Assembly (NCBI GenBank): GCA_051313645.2
Contig: JBNRSN020000029.1
Location: 20,026,001 to 20,090,000, forward strand
Length of the DNA stretch: 64,000 nt
Reading direction: 5' to 3'
Source: Centroscyllium fabricii
Taxonomy: Eukaryota
Part shown: piece by piece, positions 1 to 12,600 of the stretch
Layout of the letters: each line of letters begins with the position of its first letter
How positions within the stretch are numbered: the stretch's first letter is position 1
Position numbers and translations under genes: made by a program
The notes under the pieces: generated by a model
Databases searched by the model: none
Told to the model about the DNA's origin: nothing
The model's input: only the letters and a program-made list of their open reading frames with translations

Positions 1-172
1 TATGCTTTGTACATGATTGGGACACATATACTGTGGGAGTGTTGCCAGGTGTTAATGTATAAATGTTTCTGTTAAAGGCACTCGGTGCTGCAGCTGGGCA
101 GTTGTCAGAACTCGTATCTCTCGTCATCACTGAATTGAACAATTGTGCTCTTAGTACGGAACGTCTTTGTCT

Positions 173-570
173 TAGAAACATAGAAACATAGAAACTAGGC
201 GCAGGAGTATGCCATTCGGCCCTTCGAGCCTGCTCCGCCATTCAATGAGATAATGGCTGATCATCAAAACCCAGCACCCTGTCCCTGACTTCTCCCCATA
301 TCCATCTCGAACCTGCACCGACACATGTCCCACCCTATTCCCGTAACCCCACATATTTAATACCCCTAACACTAAGGGTCAATTTATCATGGCCAATCAA
401 CCTAACCCGCACATCTTTGGACTGTGGGAGGAAATCGGAGCACCCGGAGGAAACCCACGCAGACACGGGGAGAATGTGCAAACTCCACACAGATAGTCAC
501 CCGAGGCTGGATTTGAACCCGGGTCTCTAGTGCTGTGAGGCAACAGTGCTAACCACTGTGCCACCGTGCC
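173..570 (-). mobile_element. tRNA-derived SINE with V-domain core and CR1-type tail (HE1-like)
   Basis: The minus strand begins ggcacggtggcacagtggttagcact...ggttcaaatcc (pol III A/B boxes), has the core gtgtggagtttgcacattctccccgtgtctgcgtgggtttcctccgg and ends in (tttctatg)n. Homologous to 44069-44462 and 58479-58882. Confidence 0.9.
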
Positions 571-1061
571 ATAGTTTAAGCTTAAATTAACGGATTATGC
601 TAAAGTATAATTGGGAATTGTTATATGCGTAATAACTCTCGGATGCTTTTAAGTAAGAGAAGGTTTTCACAGATTCATTGAGTTTTTTGTTATCGGTTCG
701 CCGGGTCTGAACTTTGGAAACTGTTGGACGGGGCAATGGGCGATTTCCATACCTTTTACAGTGCTGATACTTAAATTAACTAATGATCACGTTTCTGATT
801 TAGTCCTGATTATAAACCTAATTAACGACTCGCCGGAGTGTTTTTGCACTGGTTTTACACGTCAAGAATTACCCCCGAATTAATATATACCGAATGTATA
901 CTGATTTCATACTGATTGAATGCGCACCCTATATCGTTTTGATTTGCCTTGCACCAAATCACGGCACCCTTTACAAATCTGAACACCTTTTGCAGTTCAA
1001 TACACTTTTTGACCATAGTCAGTCACTAGACTCCGATGGCTACGGTTCACACCAAACTTAG

Positions 1062-1270
1062 TCATAGAGTCGTAGATTAATACAGCACAGAAAGAGGCCC
1101 TTCGGCTCAACGGGTCCGTGCCGCCCATCAATCCCAGTGTATACTAGTCCCATTTTCCCGCATTTGGTCCGTAGCCTTGTATGCTGTGGCATTTCATGTG
1201 CTCAACCAAATGCTTTTTGAATGTTGTGGGGGTACCCGCCTCGACCAGCATCTCAGGAAGTGAGTTCCAA
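1062..1270 (-). mobile_element. CR1 LINE 3' end fragment
   Basis: Degenerate end of ORF2 plus 3' UTR with ggcccttcggc hairpin motif, resembling other CR1 tails in the window. Confidence 0.6.
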
Positions 1271-1529
1271 TCTTAATGCAATTCATCCTAGCTGAAGCAA
1301 CTGCTGTACTTTATTTAGAAATAGAGCAGAGCTACTGAGACAAAGCAGCACTCCATTAAATCTCTGAGATGTTCAGGGTGCAATCTCAAACGTAATGCCT
1401 TATAATTAAATAAAAAACATTATATGGCAACTCTGATCGCGTTCTCTGATAGAACATCAGCAGTCACCTTATTTATACTCAACCTTTGCACCTGCTATGT
1501 GTGAGGAACTCATGTGCCAATTCTTGCTC

Positions 1530-1880
1530 GACAATGGCGGGGGAGTCCAGAACCAGCGGCCACAGTTTACCGATAAGGGGTAAACCACTTCGGACAGATA
1601 TGAGGAAGAATGTCTTCACCCAGAGAGTGGTGAGCCTGTGGAATTCCTTGCCACAGAGGGCAGTGGAGGCCAGTTCATTAAATATATTTACGAGGGAATT
1701 GCATATATTTCTTCAGGCTAAAGGGATTAAGGGTTACGGAGAGAAGGCGAGGACTGGGTACTGAACTTGAAAGATCAGCCATGATCTCAGCCAAATATCA
1801 GCCAAAATCTCATTGAATGGCAGAGCAGGCTCGAAGGGCCGAATGGCCTACTCCTTTTCCTATCTTCTATGTTTCTATGT
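1530..1880 (+). mobile_element. CR1 LINE 3' end fragment
   Basis: Translates to RKNVFTQRVVSLWNSLPQRAVEA...IKGYGEKA, followed by 3' UTR and (tttctatg) tail. Nearly the same as 56020-56373 and 60630-60960. Confidence 0.9.
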
Positions 1881-2830
1881 GTCAGCAGCAAAGTTCGATA
1901 TATTACATTTGGCCCTCTCTTCAAAATCATAGATTTAGTTTGTGAATAGCTAGGACCGAAGCACTGATCCTTGCGGCATCCCACTAGTTACATCCTGCCA
2001 AACTAGAAAATGACCCGTTCATCCGACACTCTGTTTTCTGTCCGCTAACCATACCTCCACCTCTGCTAGTATATTATCCCCAATCCAATTAGCCCTAATT
2101 TGGTTTAAGAACCTCTTGTGTGGCGCCTTATCGAATGCTATCTGGAAAAACAAAAGCACCATTTCCACTGGTCCCCCCTTATCTGTTCTGCTAGTTAGAA
2201 CCTCAACAAATTCTAACAGATTTGACAAGCATGATTTACCTTTCATAAACTGGCATTGACTCTTCTCAATATTATTAGCATTTCATCTGTGCCCAGTTAA
2301 CACGTCCTTAATAATATATTCTAGCATTTCGCTACAACTGATGTCAGAGTAAATGCTGTGTAGTCACCCCTTTCTCTCTCCCTCCTCTCTTAAATAGTGA
2401 GGTTACATTTGCTACACTACAATCTGAGGGTACCATGCTGGAGTCTGTGGAAGTTTGGAAGATGACAACTGATGTATTCACTGTCTCCTTTGCCCCATCT
2501 TATAAATCCCGACGATGCAGGCCATCAGGATAGGGCGACCTACCAGCGTTGAATCCACTTAATAACGCCGTTACTACTTTTTAATTTATGCTAACTTCTT
2601 CCAGTTCCTCATTCTCCCTGGACCCTTAGTTTGCCACTATTTCCGAGAAGTTTTTTGCATCTTATTCCATAATGACAGACACGAACTATTGGTTGAATTT
2701 ATCTGTCATGTATTTATTCTACATTATAGTTTATCCTGTCGCAGCCTGTAAGGGAACCACATTTACTTTTGATAATCTATTATTTTTCTCACTCAAATAG
2801 GAGCTTTTACAATACCTATAGAAACCTTTA
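1881..2830 (-). mobile_element. Degenerate CR1 LINE ORF2 (RT region) fragment
   Basis: ORF 2019-2246 reads KGKSCLSNLLEF...FQIAFDKAPHKR...WLADRKQSVG, which are CR1 RT motifs; many stops around it. Confidence 0.8.
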
Positions 2831-2935
2831 CATGGCGTTCACGTTTTCGATAAATGCTGATTCGTTGTTTGATGTTGGACTAAGTCTGTACAACTTCCAT
2901 ATGAATATTATCTGATATATCCTCATACACAAGGC

Positions 2936-3478
2936 TGTCATAGGTTGGATTCCCCTTTAAATTATAGGTCGCCTCTTCTCCCTTAAATTGGCCAGTACCT
3001 CGTTTACTACTGCATTCACCTGATTGGACAGCCCTAATCAACCAATATAATCTTGAGCTGTTTATAAACTTCCACTTTGCACCAGGAGTTTGCCAGATCG
3101 TTAAATCTCTTTCTGTGATACAGGTGTTCTGTTCCTAGCTCTCTGATCCAGTCGATGTGTGTTACTGACCTGCTTACAGAAGAAATGGATTCTACTCTGC
3201 TGGAACTCTGTGTTGGATTTTGTCCCTCCGGTGAAGCGGACTACCTGGAGAATTACTGTTTCTGTATTTGGACTTATTGCTCTCTCCTACCTGAACTCTG
3301 GTTTGGACCTGTTACTCTCTCTTACCTGAACTCTGGTTTGGAATTGTTTGTCTCCGAGAACTTACTGCAGTTATTGACTTTATGTTTCTATATCTTCGGA
3401 TGACTCGGAAATAAAGGAATTTTACTTCTACGCTGGTTTCCGGTGCTTTGCATTTGGGCCCTACCATCAACCGTTACA
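2936..3478 (+). repeat. 5' LTR of chromovirus
   Basis: TG...CA termini (tgtcatagg...ccgttaca), CCAAT-like boxes, TATAAA at 3063-3068, AATAAA near 3410. Confidence 0.95.
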
Positions 3479-3495
3479 GAACGATCTGGCCAGAA

Positions 3496-4430
3496 ATGGA
3501 GCCAGCAGACACACCGAAGCGTCTGGCACAGGTCGAGGGCGCCCTATTACACCAGGGGCAGGCCTTGGGGAGGATAATCACTCAAATGGAGCAGCTAACC
3601 GCCGCCTGGAACTCGCGGGCAGCGTCGGATCCGGCAGGGATTCCACCACCACCAGACCCGGCTTCAGCATCGGTGTCGGCACCCATGCCTCACCTACAAG
3701 GCCTCACACCCGAACCACGAGTCGGGGTACCAGAACGTTATGCCGGTGAACCTGAGCAATGTAATCCCTTCCTCACTAACTGTTCCATTCTGTTTTCATT
3801 GCAGCCCCGCACCTTTGCCAATGAGACGGCAAAGGTAGCCTTTGTGGTTAACCACCTCACAGGAAGAGCTCGTCTTTGGGGAACCGCCGAGTGGGAGAGA
3901 GAGACTCAGGCTTGCTCTTCTTTCAAGGGATTCGCCACCGAATTAAGAAAGGTGTTCGGCATGGTGACCTTCGGCTCCGAAGCAGCTCAGGGACTCATGA
4001 ATCTGAGCCAGGGCAATCAGACAGTGGCTGATTACTCAATAGACTTCCGAATCAGAGCTCGTCTGAGTAATTGGAATTCGGCTGCATTATGTGACGTTTT
4101 TCTTCATGGGCTTGCAGGGTGCATCAAGGATGAACTGGTCTCCTGTGAACTCCCTTCCACCCTGGATGAACTAATTTGTCTTGCCACCAGTAACGATCTC
4201 CGTATCCAGGTGCGTCAACGTGAGAGACTACTGGGAACGACTTGTCGACATCCCCCGAAACTGACTCAAGAGATATTCGTGGCGCCCAGGAATACTGCGA
4301 CAGCAGTGTCAGAGCCAGTAGGCACCGAACCAATGCAGTTGGGTCGCACCAGTATCTCATTGGTGGAGCATAAACGACGCCGCAAGGGGAATCTCTGTTT
4401 GTACTGCTGTCAGGCCGGCCATTTCGTTTC
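3496..4430 (+). CDS. gag: Retrotransposon Gag (capsid-like domain, truncated zinc knuckle)
   Basis: ATG at 3496 just after the PBS. Motifs [41 protein letters not shown] and CLYCCQAGH; the last Cys of the knuckle is missing, suggesting a deletion at the gag-pol junction. Confidence 0.85.
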
Positions 4431-4457
4431 CCAAGACTCTCTCCCAAACCACGACCC

Positions 4458-7400
4458 TTGTGCCAGGGTAGACTTCTTCTCCCTAGGGGATCCCAGACTC
4501 TCGTCAACTTTATTGACTCTGGAACGGACGTCAACATTATCGATGAAGATCTGGTCACACAGCTGGAGATTGACCGGGTGCCACTGCCACTGCCACAGCC
4601 AGTTCCTGCCAATGCCCTAGACGGCCACCTCCTGGGAACGGTGACACATCAGACCTCACCGGTTCATATGCTTCTGTCTGGGAATCATCATGAAAGCATT
4701 CAATTTCATATCTTGAAATCACCTCGGCTTCCTTTAATCCTGGGACACACTTGGCTTCGCCGCCACAAACCTCGCATTGACTGGAACACGGGAGCTATTT
4801 CGGGGTGGAGTTCCTCCTGTCACCAGGTCTGTCTGAAACAGGCTACCGTCATCCAGCAGCCAGTAACACCTCTTCCCGCTTCAGATATTTCAGTGGTCCC
4901 CACCGAATACCATGATTTTAGGGAGGTGTTCAGCAAGGCTAGAGCCACGTCGCTGCCTCCACATCACCCTTATGACTGCGTCATTGATTTGCTGCCAGGT
5001 TCTTCCCCACCCAAGGGACGTCTGTTTTCTTTGTCTGCACCTGAGAGGGAGGCCATGGAAACATACATCGGTGACTCTATGGCGGCGGGGATCATCCGTT
5101 CCTCTTCATCACCAGCTGGGGCTGGATTCTTTTTTGTGGGCAAGAAGGACGGGTCGCTGCGACCATGCATCGACTACAGGGGCCTTAATGACATTACGGT
5201 GAAGAACCGGTATCCTCTTCCTCTCATCTCTTCGGCTTTTGAGTTGCTACAGGGGGCGACCATCTTTACAAAGCTGGATCTTCGTAACGCTTATCATCTG
5301 GTCCAGATATGAGAGGGCAATGAATGGAAGACTGCTTTCAACACCCCCTCTGGACATTATGAGTACCTCGTTATGCCGTTCGGGTTAACCAACGCCCCAG
5401 CGGTATTCCAAGCCTTGGTTAATGATGTTTTACGATACATGCTGAATAGGTTTGTGTTCGTGTACATGGACGACATTATAATCTTTTCCAAATCTCGTGA
5501 GGAGCATGTGCACCACGTCCAGACTGTCCTACAACGGCTCCTGGAGAACTCATTGTTCGTGAAGGCAGAGAAATGTGAGTTTCATGTCACTACCGTCTCT
5601 TTCCTGGGGTACATCATTGCGCAGGGGAGCGTGCAGATGGATCCAGAGAAGGTGTCAGCTGTTGCGTCAATGTCGTACTTGTAAGCTGAGAGTCCACTGC
5701 ACTCTATTAGAGTCCACTGCACTCGCCAATTTTTATCGACGGTTCATTCCTAGCTACAGTATGGTAGCGGCTCCGTCATCGGCTCTTACCTCCTCAAGGG
5801 TGCCGTTCCTGTGGTCTCCTGCAGCTGAGGAGGCTTTTCGAGATCTCAGGTCCCGGTTCACTTCTGCTCCCATTTTCCAGGTGCCTGATCCGGATCAGCA
5901 GTTCGTGGTAGAGGTGGACGCATCAGATGTTGGAGTAGGAGCTATTCTGTCGCAACATTCGGCTTCAGACCAAAAGCTACCTCCCTGTGCCTATTTTTCC
6001 AAGCGCCTGTCCTCGGCTGAGATGAACTATGACATCAGGAACCGGGAGTTACTGGCGGTCAAAATGGCATTGGAGGAGTGGCGCCATTGGCTAGAGGGGA
6101 CCAAGCTGCCGTTCCTAGTATGGACTGACCACAAAAATCTTGAATATATTCGCACGGCCAAGAGGCTGAATTCACGGCAGGCTAGGTGGTCTCTCTTCTT
6201 TACACGCTTCAACTTCACCCTCTACTACAGGCCTGGTTCCCGCAATGTCAAGCCTGATGCTCTGTCCCGCCAGTTCCAGAAGGAGGAGGGCCCCGCTCCT
6301 GGATCTGACCTTATCCTTCCAGCTCCTTGTCTTATTGCTGCGGTTACGTGGGAGATCGAGGAGAGAGTGAGATCAGCCGTGGAGGATCAGGCTGGACCCA
6401 GCGGTTGTCCTCCTGACCGTTTATTCGTCCCCACGAACCTTCGACCGGATGTTCTCCTATGGGCCCATGCTTCCAAGCTTTCCTTCCATCCGGGGGCTCA
6501 AAGGACCAAGGAAGTTATATTGCGGAGGTTCTGGTGGGATACACTGGTGGAGGATACCCGGGAATATATCAACGCCTGCTCGGTATGTAACCAACACAAG
6601 CCGTCTCGTCGGGCCCCTGCTGGTCTTCTGCAACCTCTGCCGATACCACATCGCCCTTGGTCCCACATATCCTTGGACTTTGTTACCGGTCTGCCCTCAT
6701 CCAAGGGACTAACCACGATCCTGACTGTGGTGGACCGTTTCAGTAAGATGGCTCACTTCATACCTCTGCCTAAACTGCCCTCAGCGAAGGAGACAGCTGA
6801 ACTCATGCTGCAACATCTTTTCCGGCTTCATGGGCTTCCTTTAGACGTAGTCTCCGATCGGGGTCCTCAGTTTACATCTGTATTCTGGAGGGAGTTCTGC
6901 AGTCTGATCGGGGCTACAGTCAGTCTGTCGTCGGGGTTTCATCCACAGTCCAACGGGCAGTCAGAATGGATGAATCAAGAGATGGAGAAAGCGCTCCGAT
7001 GCATGGTCTCCCAGAATCCCTCTTCCTGGTCCCAGTTACTCCTGTGGGTAGAATACGCTCACAACACTCTGACCAGTTCCGCCACCGCACTCTCCCCGTT
7101 CCAGTGCGCCTATGGATTCCAGCCTCCATTGTTTCCGGATCTGGAAAGGGAGGTTTCCTGTCCGTCCATCCAGGCATTTATTCAGCGTTGTCGCCGAACA
7201 TGGGACCAGGCTCGGACTTCGTTGCTTCGCTCGGCGGATCGATACTCGGCTGCTGCCAACCGTCGTCGTTCGGAGGTTCCTAAATATCAGGTTGGGCAGA
7301 AGGTGTGGCTCTCCACTAAGGACCTGCCTCTCCAAGTGGAGTCGAAGAAGCTTGCTCCTCGTTTTATCGGACGCTTCGAGGTCCAGAAGATTATCAACCC

Positions 7401-7866
7401 AGCTGCTGTGAGACTCAAGCTCCCTCAATCCATGCGGGTTCATCCCACATTTCATGTCTCACGCATCAAGCCAGCACGTGAGAGTGCTTTGGTGCCTGTT
7501 GCCGCGCCCCCTCCACCTCCTCTTATGCTCGGCGGTGGGTTGGTCTACACTGTTCGTCGCCTACTTCGCTCCCGTCGTCGAGGGAGAGGACTTCAGTACC
7601 TCGTGGACTGGGAGGGGTATGGTCCAGAAGAGCGGTCCTGGGTTCCTGCTCGCCACATAGTGGATCCTCAACTCATTGTCGATTTTCACAGGAGGCATCC
7701 CGACCAGCCAGGTAAGAGGACTGCGACCCCTGGGGAGTCTGGACAAGGGTCCGGTCCCGTGCAGTCTCAGGAAACCCTGAATGAGGATGTAGAATCTGCT
7801 AATGAGGAAGATTCCCTTCAGTCTTGTGATGAGATGGACATGGAGGAGGGCCCCGAGGACTGTTAG
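4458..7866 (+). pseudogene. pol: Pol polyprotein (protease, RT, RNase H, integrase, chromodomain) with nonsense and frameshift lesions
   Basis: Protease FIDSG; [34 protein letters not shown]; RNase [16 protein letters not shown]; integrase H-H-C-C finger, [17 protein letters not shown]; chromodomain [16 protein letters not shown]. Stop at 5310-5312 and frameshift near 5670-5725. Confidence 0.92.
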
Positions 7867-7948
7867 TCCCTCCTCCGCACCCCTCCACCCACCCGATTCC
7901 GGCATTTGGGGTTTGGGACGTCAGGAGTCGTCCCTTGAGGGGGGGTTC

Positions 7949-8491
7949 CGTCATAGGTTGGATTCCCCTTTCAATTCTAGGTGGCCTCTTCTCCCTTAAA
8001 TTGGCCAGTACCTCGTTTACTACTGCATTCACCTGATTGGACAGCCCTAATCAACCAATATAATCTTGAGCTCTTTATAAGCTTCCACTTTGCACCAAGA
8101 GTTTCCCAGATCGTTAAATCTCTTTCTGTGATACAGGTGTTCTGTTCCTAGCTCTCTGATCCAGTCGATTTGTGTTACTGACCTGCTTACAGAAGAATTG
8201 GATTCTACTCTGCTGGAACTCTGTGTTGGATTTTGTCCCTCCGGTGAAGCGGACTACCTGGAGAATTACTGTTTCTGTATTTGGACTTATTGCTCTCTCC
8301 TACCTGAACTCTGGTTTGGACTTGTTACTCTCTCTTACCTGAACTCTGGTTTGGACTTGTTTGTCTCCGTGAACTTGCTGCAGTTATTGTCTTTATTTTT
8401 CTATATCTTCGGATGACTCGGAAATAAAGAAATTTTACTTCTACGCTGGTTTCCGGTGTTTTGCATTTGGGCCCTACCATCAACCGTTACA
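7949..8491 (+). repeat. 3' LTR of chromovirus
   Basis: Direct repeat of 2936-3478 preceded by the PPT; first base mutated (cg instead of tg). Confidence 0.95.
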
Positions 8492-10669
8492 CAAGGCAAT
8501 GTAGATTTGAATTTTGACATTGTTTTTGTATCAAACACTAACACTGTAATTGAGTTCGACAGCCTCACAACACATTATATAAATATCTTTCTGCTGCACT
8601 TTGCTGTTAATCTCTGACATTTTCTGCTGTATTGAAGGCTTCCCATTCTTTGTCACCTAACTACATGAGGCACGCTGCGTTTATCTATCCTGAACCAGTG
8701 TTGTTTCATTTTAATCACTTGTATCATATTGTAGTGCAATATTCTTCATGGTATTTCTAAATATACTTAAAATATCTCTGTGTTTCCACAATCAGATATA
8801 AAATTAAAGAATGCACGTGCTAGGGCATTAAAAGCATTTATTTAATGAAGTCATGCAATAATAACAGAGGAGAGTTTGTTGCCTCTAGATACTTCACATT
8901 GTGCTCAGGTGTCAACTTACTCCATGTAACTGGAAATGTTGATATTGGTGGTTTTCAAGGGTTTTTTCCACTTTCCAGGATAATTACAGTACACATCATT
9001 TTGTGCGGACTCAGTCGCGGCTTTCCAAAATTCCATTAACATTTGATTACATTTCATGATTGGGATACTAAATAATTAACCACATCCTGCAGGTGGATAT
9101 TCATAATTTGGTCCTCCTTCAATTCATTTTGTCCAGAGAGTTCATTTTATTTAACATGTCCTTTAAAAAAGTTATTACCGAATTTGCAGTTCCATCAAAG
9201 CAGACCAAATCTACTCAATTAACGGAGAGGGTTCCAGTGTTAAAAACAGTTGCTGTCTCATTTATCATAGACCGTTAACTTCTTATATGCTCCGCTCTAA
9301 TCCCGTAATCGACAGAGTTTTATTCATTGATTTGAGAACTATTCCCCAAAAGCTATTATTAAATCCATTACCGTCTTTAAGGCCTATGTGATATACTGGA
9401 CCTGATTCGGATGTTACGCTGTCCCTTTACTACAATCGTCCTATTAAAGACAGCATGATCCTCCCAGTTAGCCGCGCTGTCTCAGGCTTGCACCAGTTCG
9501 ACAGTCCCAATTGCGTCAGATTCAATTTTGCTACTTCGTGAAGCACATCATGGTACAATATCATCCGAGTTGGGAGTACCATTAGTCCATTGGTCAGTTC
9601 CAGGGTGTGTTTAGGGCAAGTGACCAGGTTTTAATTTGTCCTTTCCGTGATTTGTGTTTTATTTGTAGGGAGGGGAATTTTCGGTGGAACTGTTATTCCT
9701 ACTGCATGTATAAGCGCACTTCTTGTACCAGATTCCCTTTACTAATAAGTGCAATAAGCCTTTAGGTGAATATATCCATCAGTTTGCTTCTGCAGCCTAT
9801 CCTAGTGAACCCGTCATCTAAGTCCAATGCTGCAGTACGAATGTGTGACATCGCCCTCCTTCGAGATGCTTCCTGTACTATTCTCCCCCACACCAGTGTT
9901 CCACCCAACTGCGTCCCGTGTCTCACCAGGTGAAGACTCCTCCTCTATCCAGCAACTAAAATAGGTGCTGTGCCAGTATATGAGCTGATGCCTGCGACTG
10001 TAGGATAGCTTGACGGTTTCTGTTCATCTTCACTTGTATATTCTTCTTCCTCCACTGACTGGGCAGTTCCAGTCTTGCTTATCTAAACTGAAAAAGGGAC
10101 AATGGTTGGTTTCTGCTGAAGAGAGGGGAGACAGAAACAAATGCCTGCTTATACACTCTGAGGCTTCAAAGTCCGAAGACATTTTGGAAAGAGGAAGATG
10201 CGGGATGAGAGAAGGTTGATGAGTTATGCTGTCACCATCATCATTAATTGCTTCAGCTCAGCCAGTGGACTGGCTTCATCAACCCGAATCCCATGATGCC
10301 CTGCACTGTCTCCTCGATGTGGTTGAAACATGGAGGCGCTTGTCATGCTCCGGCTCTTTTCTGAAGCCTGCTGTTATGCACCAACTCCTCGTGTTAGAAA
10401 GGGGGCAGTATGTCAAGGAGTGCAGTGCAATAAGTTTGGTTGTGTTGGCTGTCATAGTTGAATAGCTGGTATTGTGTGCGAGCTGCGAGTTGCGGGTGCA
10501 AGGCTTGCAATAGTGTTAATGGTGAGATTTAGCTTAAGAAATGAAGACGTGAGTACTTATTGTTCCAGGTTTTTGGTGGATGCATGACGGGGTTATTGAA
10601 CTGAGCAGTGGAGGAGGTTAGATTTGCAGCTCGTAGGATGTGCCAATAGAAAAAGAACACACTGGCATT

Positions 10670-10895
10670 AAAAACTCGTGTGATATCGCTTATCTGCTTC
10701 CTGCACTGCATTCATGTTCCTTGTGCAACACACCTGGTATTGGTCTCCGCCGCTAATTCTTCACAACGGCTCGTGAGCATCTGTTTACAGAACGTGCTGC
10801 CCCCCTGATGATGCAGAATATCTGTCCTTATTCCAGGTTCTTTCACCAAGACCAGTGCAGTGTCTGAAAACCTTGGTGCGCGCCCATGAGCATGT
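10670..10895 (-). pseudogene. Myb/SANT-like DNA-binding domain remnant (Harbinger accessory gene type)
   Basis: Adjacent short ORFs read RAPRFSDTALVLVKE...RCVAQGT* and QCRKQISDI, matching the R-P-F-S-D...W..IA...RT..QCRK pattern of Harbinger Myb/SANT proteins. Confidence 0.6.
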
Positions 10896-11375
10896 TCAGT
10901 AATGCTCACACTATGATGGCAAAAATTCAGTTTTGAAATGAATCGCACCACTTCTTGCTGCCACAACGCATATTCCGTTTAAGAGGTGCATGCTGCTTTT
11001 AGGTAGCGCAAGCCAATGGCAATAATTCACCCTCTGCTCAAGGGTGAAAAGCACGGGTGCATGAATTTGCCATGCTGCTTACATGGCAATGAAAAGCTGC
11101 GGGTTAATGGTGCACCACGATTCCAAAGCCTATTATTGGTGGTTAATCAATTACTACCAGAGCAGGTGTTGAAATAAATTCACAGCTGACATGCACTTTG
11201 CATACTCCAATAATGCTGTACCTGTGCGTATGTTTAGCCTGTTTTCAGTGCACACAACCTCATGACACGCTGCTATTGTGTTTCTATTGGGTGAGAAATT
11301 GGACATAGGTGTGGAGATAAAACAAGAATGCTGCATTCTATGACAAGTCTGATATTCAGGCCACTGAAAGACAAT

Positions 11376-12290
11376 GGGCCCTGTTTTCCTGTGGCCCAAT
11401 TGCTGCGGGTGCGCGCTCACGTGCACCCGCGGCGCACGCGCACGTAATTTTTATTTTTTTTCTGACTGCAATTTCCTGTGGAAAATGCCGGGTTTCTTTC
11501 CAGCGTAGGGGTCTGTTTTTTTTTGGTCCGAGGTGCTTTGTGCGTAGGTTTTGAGAAAGCCACGCCCACTGAGGTCGGCTTTCCCCGCACAAAGCACAGA
11601 ATCGGCCTCAGGACAAAGAATATCGGGTAGGAAGCACCTTTTTTTTGGTTTTTTTAAGTTTATAGGAAGCTGTTTTTTTTAAGTTTCTGCCTTTTTTGCT
11701 GTTAGGTTTTTTTTTTGCTGCAAGTGAAAAAAACACGTTTAAATGTAAGTTTTTTTTTGATTCCGTTGCAGATATTTGTCTGTGGTCTTTCAGCTTGTAA
11801 ATGGGTAGGGTTTTTTGTTTTTTGGTGAAAGTGAAAAAAAAACGTGTTTTTAACGCGAATTAACCAGCTGTGATGGCCATCAGAGCTGCTGACATCGCGT
11901 TCAAAACCCGTTTTTTTTTCACTTTCACCAAAAAAAACACCCTACCCATTTAAAAGCTGAAAGACCACAGAAAAATATCTGCAAAGGAATTTAAAAAAAA
12001 CTTATTTTAAACGTGTTTCTCCACTTCTCAAAGCTGCTGCAGCACCTCTAAGACTGCTTTTTAAATCTGCAGCTGAAGAGAGACTTGCCCACGTGATACA
12101 CACGCATTTTGAGCAGCTGCCACAGGAAATCGGAAGCTCAAAGTCTTCCTGGGTAGGAAGCTGAAGCCCCTTGCCCATCAGCACAGGAAATTCACGTTTC
12201 TGGTAATCACCCGAGCTGCACCCCCACGAGGCATTTCTGACCCACCTTCGTGGGGGTGCAGCTCCTCTGGAGCACAGGAAAACAGGGCCC
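11376..12290. mobile_element. Non-autonomous PIF/Harbinger-type MITE with internal palindrome
   Basis: Perfect 18-bp TIR gggccctgttttcctgtg / cacaggaaaacagggccc and 3-bp TSD aat on both sides. A second copy in inverted orientation lies at 48548-49424. Confidence 0.9.
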
Positions 12291-12335
12291 AATGGAACTG
12301 AATAGCAGATGGTGCGTATATAATGCGACCAATGC

Positions 12336-12600
12336 ATAAGAACTTAAGAACATAAGGAATAAGAGCAAGAGTATGCCAATAGGCACCTCGAGCCTGCTCC
12401 ACCATTAAACAAGATCATGGCTGATCACAGACTAACCTCAATTCTACTTTCACTCTCCATCCCGCCCGAACCCATGTGATCTCCCAGCAGAGGCGAAAAA
12501 CCAATAAAAAAACAGTGGCCAATTTGGGAGGAAAAATCTTGGAAATTACTCTACGACCGATCTGGGAGATCGAAACTTGTCCAAGAGATCACATGGCCGT
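12336..12600 (-). mobile_element. CR1-type 3' UTR/tail fragments
   Basis: (aagaacat)-type tail and ggctgatc hairpin motif, then a segment closed by the inverted repeat ccatgtgatctc / gagatcacatgg. Confidence 0.55.

Larger units (their letters stand above)
2936..8491 (+). mobile_element. Full-length Ty3/Gypsy LTR retrotransposon, chromovirus (Tf1/sushi type), inactivated
   Basis: Two 543-bp LTRs (2936-3478 and 7949-8491) with about 18 substitutions by manual count. Polypurine tract gagggggggg at about 7937-7945, flanking direct repeat caaggc (2930-2935 / 8492-8497), internal gag-PR-RT-RH-IN-chromodomain. Confidence 0.95.

Noticed and set aside
500-570. tRNA-like sequence (also at 44070 and 58480)
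   Set aside because: These are SINE heads with A/B boxes, followed by SINE body; they are not tRNA genes.
3155-3403. 82-aa ORF repeated at 8198-8416
   Set aside because: Lies inside the LTRs and is duplicated only because the LTR is; no protein motif.
8500-10500. Possible highly eroded retroelement gag/pol on the minus strand flanking the chromovirus
   Set aside because: Only faint motif-like words and no frame could be reconstructed; a translated profile search is needed.
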